From NCBI GenBank assembly GCA_965233585.1, contig CBDDTI010000652.1:1-27591 (forward strand): a stretch of 27,591 bases of DNA. Reading direction: 5' to 3'. The notes beneath the pieces were generated by a model. The model was not told the DNA's origin. It saw nothing but the letters and a program-made list of their open reading frames with translations, and searched no databases. Below are positions 22,376 to 27,591 of the stretch, one piece after another. A program made the position numbers and the translations under genes. This DNA comes from a bacterium. Its GTDB lineage: Bacteria; SAR324; NAC60-12. How positions within the stretch are numbered: position 1 is the stretch's first letter; each line of letters starts with the position of its first letter.

Positions 22376-23240
22376 ATAACGGCTGCTTTTTTACGAAGAA
22401 CCCTTCGCAGGCGCTCTCGGGAAAAATGATGGAAACATGATGAAATGTGTATTCCCACGATGGTAGGCAATATCATATGAGATAAGCTGCATGAAGCAGC
22501 CGCAAGGCTTCGCAAGGTGTGGGGATCTGGGGGATTTGCATTTATTGCGCTGTGAAAAATCTGTCACTATCTGGGACTCTGGCCTTTTTGGCGATCAATG
22601 TGCCGATGCAGCAGGCAAACAGCAAAAGCTGCACCTTGAGCCATCGAAATCATCGAGCTGAATCCATTGAGTTTCGTATGAGAATTTATCAGAATCAATG
22701 ATTGAATTAACTGAATCCGACGAATCCACCTAAATGCCAAGCCGGGCGCCAGCAAGCCGTAGAGGCCGGGGAGCACAATACATGGCTTCGTGGAGCTTTC
22801 TGCCATAGACCCGAGTCCATGACAACTACCGCATACCACCTACTGCCTTTGCATGTAGGATATGTATTCTAAATAGTTTGAAGTATGTAAGTGTCTTAAG
22901 ATGCATGTGCGTATTTACTGTGTGGATCTGTGAATATTTCTGTGAACATTTCCAGAGTGTTGTACTAACACAATCACACGGCCTCCCACATCTGTGGTCT
23001 AGACGCGTTCATTTGAAGGGTGTCTATAAAAACGAAAATAATGTATCATACAACAATGAAGCACTTCTCTGCAACGCGGGTTGTTCTGCCATCTCTGAGA
23101 CCATTCCTATGGCGCACACATGTAACCCCTGAGGTCTGCAAAGGCAATAACCAGTGGAATGTCCGAGTCAAGTTCACCAGGTCACTGCAACGTAGATGTC
23201 AAGATCTTTGTGGACAACTTGTGGCAACTGACTCTCCGCA

Positions 23241-24066
23241 CTATGCAGCAGTTTTTAAAACAATTTCCAGTTCCTCCGGAAGCGACTGCGAGAAGTTCCA
23301 CTGTTTCATCATTTGACGTCGGATTCTGCTGATCCGTTGCGATCGGCTCTCTGCCGGATGCTGCTGCAAACGCCTGTCGGATGCCTCCGCCAGCCACAGT
23401 GTCCACACCTCTGCATTCACAATTTCCGAACCGAGAAGTTGAGAACCAATGCTCCATAAATCTGGTGTTGACCCTTCCTGCAGCATGCGACTGCTCAATA
23501 ATTTGCATTTGGTGGCCAAGTGCTTTAGTTGATCATGTATCTCTCCTTCAACGAGCGAAGCCAACATCAGCAAGCCATCTAAGGCCCGAAGGACATCCAG
23601 TGGTGCAACTGAAAGGCGTGAAGAGATCAAGCGAGAAATCGCATCGATGGATCGTGCCATCAACTGCGGATGTAGAAAGCGCAGCCGACCCAAATGCTGA
23701 GGAACTGCGACCAGATCACGAGGGTCGCATTCTTCGGCTTTTTCGTGTATGGCATCACAAATCTCTCGAAGCTGCTCACTTTGAACAGAAGAAGTACACC
23801 TTGCCAATGCCATCAAAACCCTACGCAGGTCGCCAAAGCTCAAGTCATTGCATTGCCCGCTCAAATGCTGGAGGAAAGGTGCACGAAGAGAATCAGCTGG
23901 CAAACCCAATCGGTCTAGCGCTAGCATGGCTGTCACCAGTGACTTTACTCCGGCTCTGAAAGACAATGACCGGATAAACTCTTCAACCAAAGCTTTGTGG
24001 TGAAATCGAGCGTCAGCCATTGACCAAAGAATCGATGCCATGTCCTGAGGAGCCAGTTCTGCATGC
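23241..24066 (-). CDS. Terminal exon of an alpha-helical repeat protein (HPR/OPR/FAST-like, possibly an organellar RNA-binding protein); 5' splice boundary approximate
   Basis: About 275 open codons with repeat-like helices: LAPQDMASILWSMADARF, LSFGDLRRVLMALAR, CDPRDLVAVPQHLGRLRF, VAPLDVLRALDGL. Upstream pyrimidine-rich tract and AG|G acceptor candidates at ~24066 and ~24047. Confidence 0.7.
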
Positions 24067-24329
24067 CTTGGCACAAATTTCCAACGAAAAAACAAAAACA
24101 CCGGAAAGTTCAAACAAACATGACAATTTCTGCCAACCTATGCGCCTGTCAATTTCTCTCAATGTTTTTCAATTTCTATCAATTTCTCTCGACTTCTCTC
24201 AGCTTACCTACATATCAGGCGCCATGGTTCAAGTCGAATGAATCAATGTATCTGGCCAGTTGGACACCGTCAAAACCAAAACAAACTGCAATCAATTTAT
24301 GATCAATCCATAGGCTAAGCTCAGGTTCG

Positions 24330-24402
24330 CAGCCAATGCCTGATCCAGTAAATTGTTCCAAAGCTGTGGATCTCGTCGCTTGCGTCGCGCTGTTTGGCTC
24401 AC
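24330..24402 (-). CDS. Candidate upstream exon of the same gene
   Basis: AG|G acceptor, then VSQTARRKRRDPQLWNNLLDQAL, which would complete a helical repeat with the next exon. The donor would be GC or GA and is unresolved. Confidence 0.45.
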
Positions 24403-25679
24403 CTCAACCTCACAAAGTCACAGTGCTACAACGCAAGGAACAGATTGAAACAAAACCAAATTCTGCCTGGGTCGTTTCAATCTTTTCATGGTTCCAGTTT
24501 ATTGTTCCTGCTGCTTGTTGTCGCAGTACCGCTTGCAGGAAAAAAACAGGCTACCCTGTTTCTCTTGGTACTAGTACTCCCAAACCCTCCCAAAGTTGGT
24601 CTACGCTTTACCCTTCATTTAATATGTTTGCTCTGCTGTCCACCTATCTGCAGGGAACAAAACTAAGGGCCACAAAGGCTGTCAAGAGCAAAATTTTTCG
24701 TTTTAGGTAGTTCGCTTTATCGCTTTACATTTTTTGTACCCTTTTAAACAATAGCTATTGATTTGGAGGTCCACTTCAATTCATTGCCACATCAACGGTA
24801 GGGGCACTTCATGGTCAGCAGTCTGCTGTCCACTGTTTTTCTTCAAAGTGCGGAAAGAATTTCCTTCAGAGCAGCTTGGTTTTTGCGTTGTTGCGCGTCG
24901 TCTGCTTGTGCAGATTCTGTTCATCTCTTTGGATAATGAGATCAAACCTGTATTCAATGGTAGGTTTCAAGGCCAGGCTGGACCACGCCAAATAGATGTT
25001 TCAAAACTTGACGCAAGATTGAAGTGCGCCACTCCGCAGATGGATTGGGTCTCTGGCTGCCCGGTGCCACTTTTAGATATTTTTGGTTACGGTTACGTTA
25101 TCGATTTGGCCATCGCTAATTTCATCTGGTAAAATCAGGAAACATGTGACAGATTGTTTCTCAAGCACAGCCTCTGCTTGTCAGAGCGTGTGTCGCAACA
25201 GGGCTTGGCAGCAAGTTTTGTGGTCAGAAGGGCGTACCTAAGCCTTTTGGGAGCACCTTTAGGCCATTTGGGAGCTCCTGGATTCACATCCGACGAATAC
25301 TAAATCCACGTTCCGGTAATGCGTCACGACGCTTTTTCATTGCTGCCAAGTCGCGTCATGTTGATTTTAACTGTTTTTATGGTGTTTTTGTGCTTCCCTT
25401 CAATGACTTCATCTGCTTCTCAGGATTATTTTTTAAATGGATCAACATTTACATGGCGCCACATTTTCGTGCATCTTGCACGGGGCTAAAGCGAAATGTG
25501 TGAGTGCGCAAGTGGCTTGCCGTTTCACTACAGCGAAATGACAATTTTTGAACCCATCAGTTTTAGTCTTTTTGGATCTTTTTGGATCCTTTTCTTTGGC
25601 ACAGATCTTAAATCAGCACACCTTTTTCGTCGCTCCTGTTTCCCTGCATTTGGTTTCATTCAAAAATCCATGAGTTGGC

Positions 25680-25910
25680 CGGCTTGCACAGTTCGGGCGT
25701 CTGCAGAATGGTGTGAAGCTTTACAAACTGGGGCGTTTGCACAATGGTTTGCACAGTTCCGGGGTCCGCAGTTTGGGCATCCGCAAAATGGTTTGCACGC
25801 TGCAAAGGCTTATAAATGCAGACTTCGGCCGTCCGCAGAATGGTTTGCACAGTTGGGGCGTCCGCAGAATGGTTTGCACACGTTGGCCGTCCGCAGACTG
25901 GTTTGCCCTA
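25680..25910. repeat. ~29-bp degenerate tandem repeat (gtttgcacagttggggcgtccgcagaatg)
   Basis: tttgcac and tccgcagaatgg recur several times. Confidence 0.85.
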
Positions 25911-26441
25911 CGTGATTCCATGAGAACCACTTCGGCACCCAATCTAAAACGCTCCTGCAATGAAAACGGCTGCGAGAAAATCACTAAAAGTGCCCAAATA
26001 CAATCATGACAAACCAATCGCGTTTCTCAGAAATGGCTATCCTTTTTGCCGTTGACTAATTTTGATGAATTTAATTTTGGCGTTAGCAGTTTGTAATTTG
26101 TTGGAAGTAAAGACCTATACCTCCAAATTGTTCTGTTTCTTGCTGTTTTGCTTTCTCAAGTTGCTACTGGAATCTTGATTTATGCCTCTCAGCAGGCCTG
26201 CTCCCATTCCCACTTTCACTGTCATGTTCATGCTTCATTGTCACGTCCATGCTTATGCCTATACCGGATCACGAATAGATGGCATCTTCACTGCGCAAGA
26301 TAAGATGGCATTTCGAGCGAATGTCAAAAAAATATTTGATTGCATTTGAATGGGCGGGCTGCCCCTAATGTGCCATCTTAGCGTGCCTGCCCCAATAGGA
26401 ATAGCAGAATCACTACGATCAATTCAAAGAAATCTAACTTA

Positions 26442-27591
26442 TGCCATCTTAGTGTTGCCAGGGAACACTAAGACGGCACATCCGGCACGTCCTGTCCGAG
26501 AAAGATGAAAACTGCTGCTAAAACTGTCTTTTTCACATAGGGGGCACTATTACATGGACCAGGTTTGGGTGGCTGGGTTTTTTTCCACCCTTTCCATTGC
26601 AAAAAATGAACAGCAGAACCTCAAAACCGACTGTTTCACATAGGAAGCAGCAAGGGGTGAATCGTTTTTGGCTGGCCAGATTTATTTCAACACCACTTGT
26701 GGGGTGCTGCTGCGGAACACTGAGATGGCACATCCAGGTACGTCGATGACGAAGAAATGAAGCGTAGCGCCTCAAAGCCACCTTCTTAATATGTTGAAAC
26801 ATTTTTCACGTAGGACGCAATAAGAGATTGAGCACTTTTGGGCGGCCGGATTTTCCGATCTTTTTGCGACATTTTGCAAAAACATGCAAAAGCCATCAAA
26901 AACAACTTTTGGATACTTTTGGGGGATTGACGGGGGTTGCCAGGGAACACTAAGATGGCACATCCAGGCATACCCTGCCGGAGAAAGATGAAAACTGCTG
27001 CTAAAACATGCTAAAACTATCTTTTCCACATAGGAGGCACTATTACATGGACCACGTTTGGGTGGTTGGGATTTTTTCCTCCCTTTCCATTACGAAAAAT
27101 GAACAGCAGAACCTCAAAACCGACTGTTTCACATGGGAACCAGCAAGGGGTGAAACGGTTTTTTGGGTGGCCAAATATGTTTTGGGAGGCTGCTAAGGAA
27201 GACTAAGATGGCACATCCAGGCACGTCGATTCCGAAAAAATGAAGCGTAGCGCGTCAAAACCACCTTTTTCACATAGGACGCGATAAGAGATTGAGCACT
27301 TTTGGGCGGCCTGGTTTTCCGATCTGTTTGCAACATTTTGCCAAAAGCATACAAAAACCATCAAAAACAACTTTTGGATACTTTTGGGGGATTGACGGGG
27401 GTTGCCAGGGAACACTAAGATGGCACATCCAGGCATACCCTGCCGGAGAAAGATGAAAACTGCTGCTAAAACATGCTAAAACTATCTTTTTCACATAGGA
27501 GGCACTATTACATGGACCACGTTTGGGTGGTTGGGATTTTTTCCTCCCTTTCCATTACGAAAAATGAACAGCAGAACCTCAAAACCGACTG
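26442..27591. repeat. ~465-482-bp tandem array, ~2.4 copies, running off the window end
   Basis: cagggaacactaaga(t/c)ggcacatcc at 26459, 26941 and 27406, with collinear downstream sequence. Confidence 0.95.

Larger units (their letters stand above)
18900..22426. mobile_element. Composite satellite-bearing interspersed element (16-bp, 72-bp and 30-bp arrays); left boundary uncertain
   Basis: Ordered arrays ending in the distinct terminus cgaagaacccttcgcaggcgctctcgggaaaa. No coding capacity seen. Confidence 0.6.

Noticed and set aside
18875..22515. Many periodic ORFs (HTDAFTHRRF..., MDVGRQKLRK..., LHLHTFTSAD...)
   Set aside because: Open in several frames purely because of stop-poor tandem repeats.
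23381..23959. 192-aa plus-strand ORF
   Set aside because: Antisense shadow of the more protein-like minus-strand helical-repeat exon.
24830..25277. Further minus-strand micro-exons (25238-25277 ELPNGLKVLPKGL; ~24830-24915 ...QRKNQAALKEILSAL*)
   Set aside because: Splice-like boundaries are present, but the segments are too short to support without transcript data.

Overview
Repeat-dominated eukaryotic DNA, not prokaryotic. The repeat families, GC/GA-type splice candidates and LINE style suggest a Symbiodiniaceae dinoflagellate; this is inferred from familiarity, not from a search. Contents: a 10-bp satellite; a decayed LINE (ORF1 remnant plus APE endonuclease, truncated before RT); AT-rich tracts where repeat copies carry directional C>T/G>A changes; several microsatellite-filled non-autonomous elements, one with Helitron2/Helentron-like ends; a minus-strand helical-repeat protein exon near 23.2-24.1 kb; and a ~470-bp tandem array. 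Top finding, at 9.3-12.45 kb: two unrelated ~310-320-bp direct-repeat families (A x2, B x2) sit in (CA)n tracts. Each carries the same ~90-97-nt pseudoknotted fold, with different but fully complementary stem sequences and invariant linkers. This is a candidate new ribozyme or cis-RNA of Penelope-like or retrozyme-like elements.
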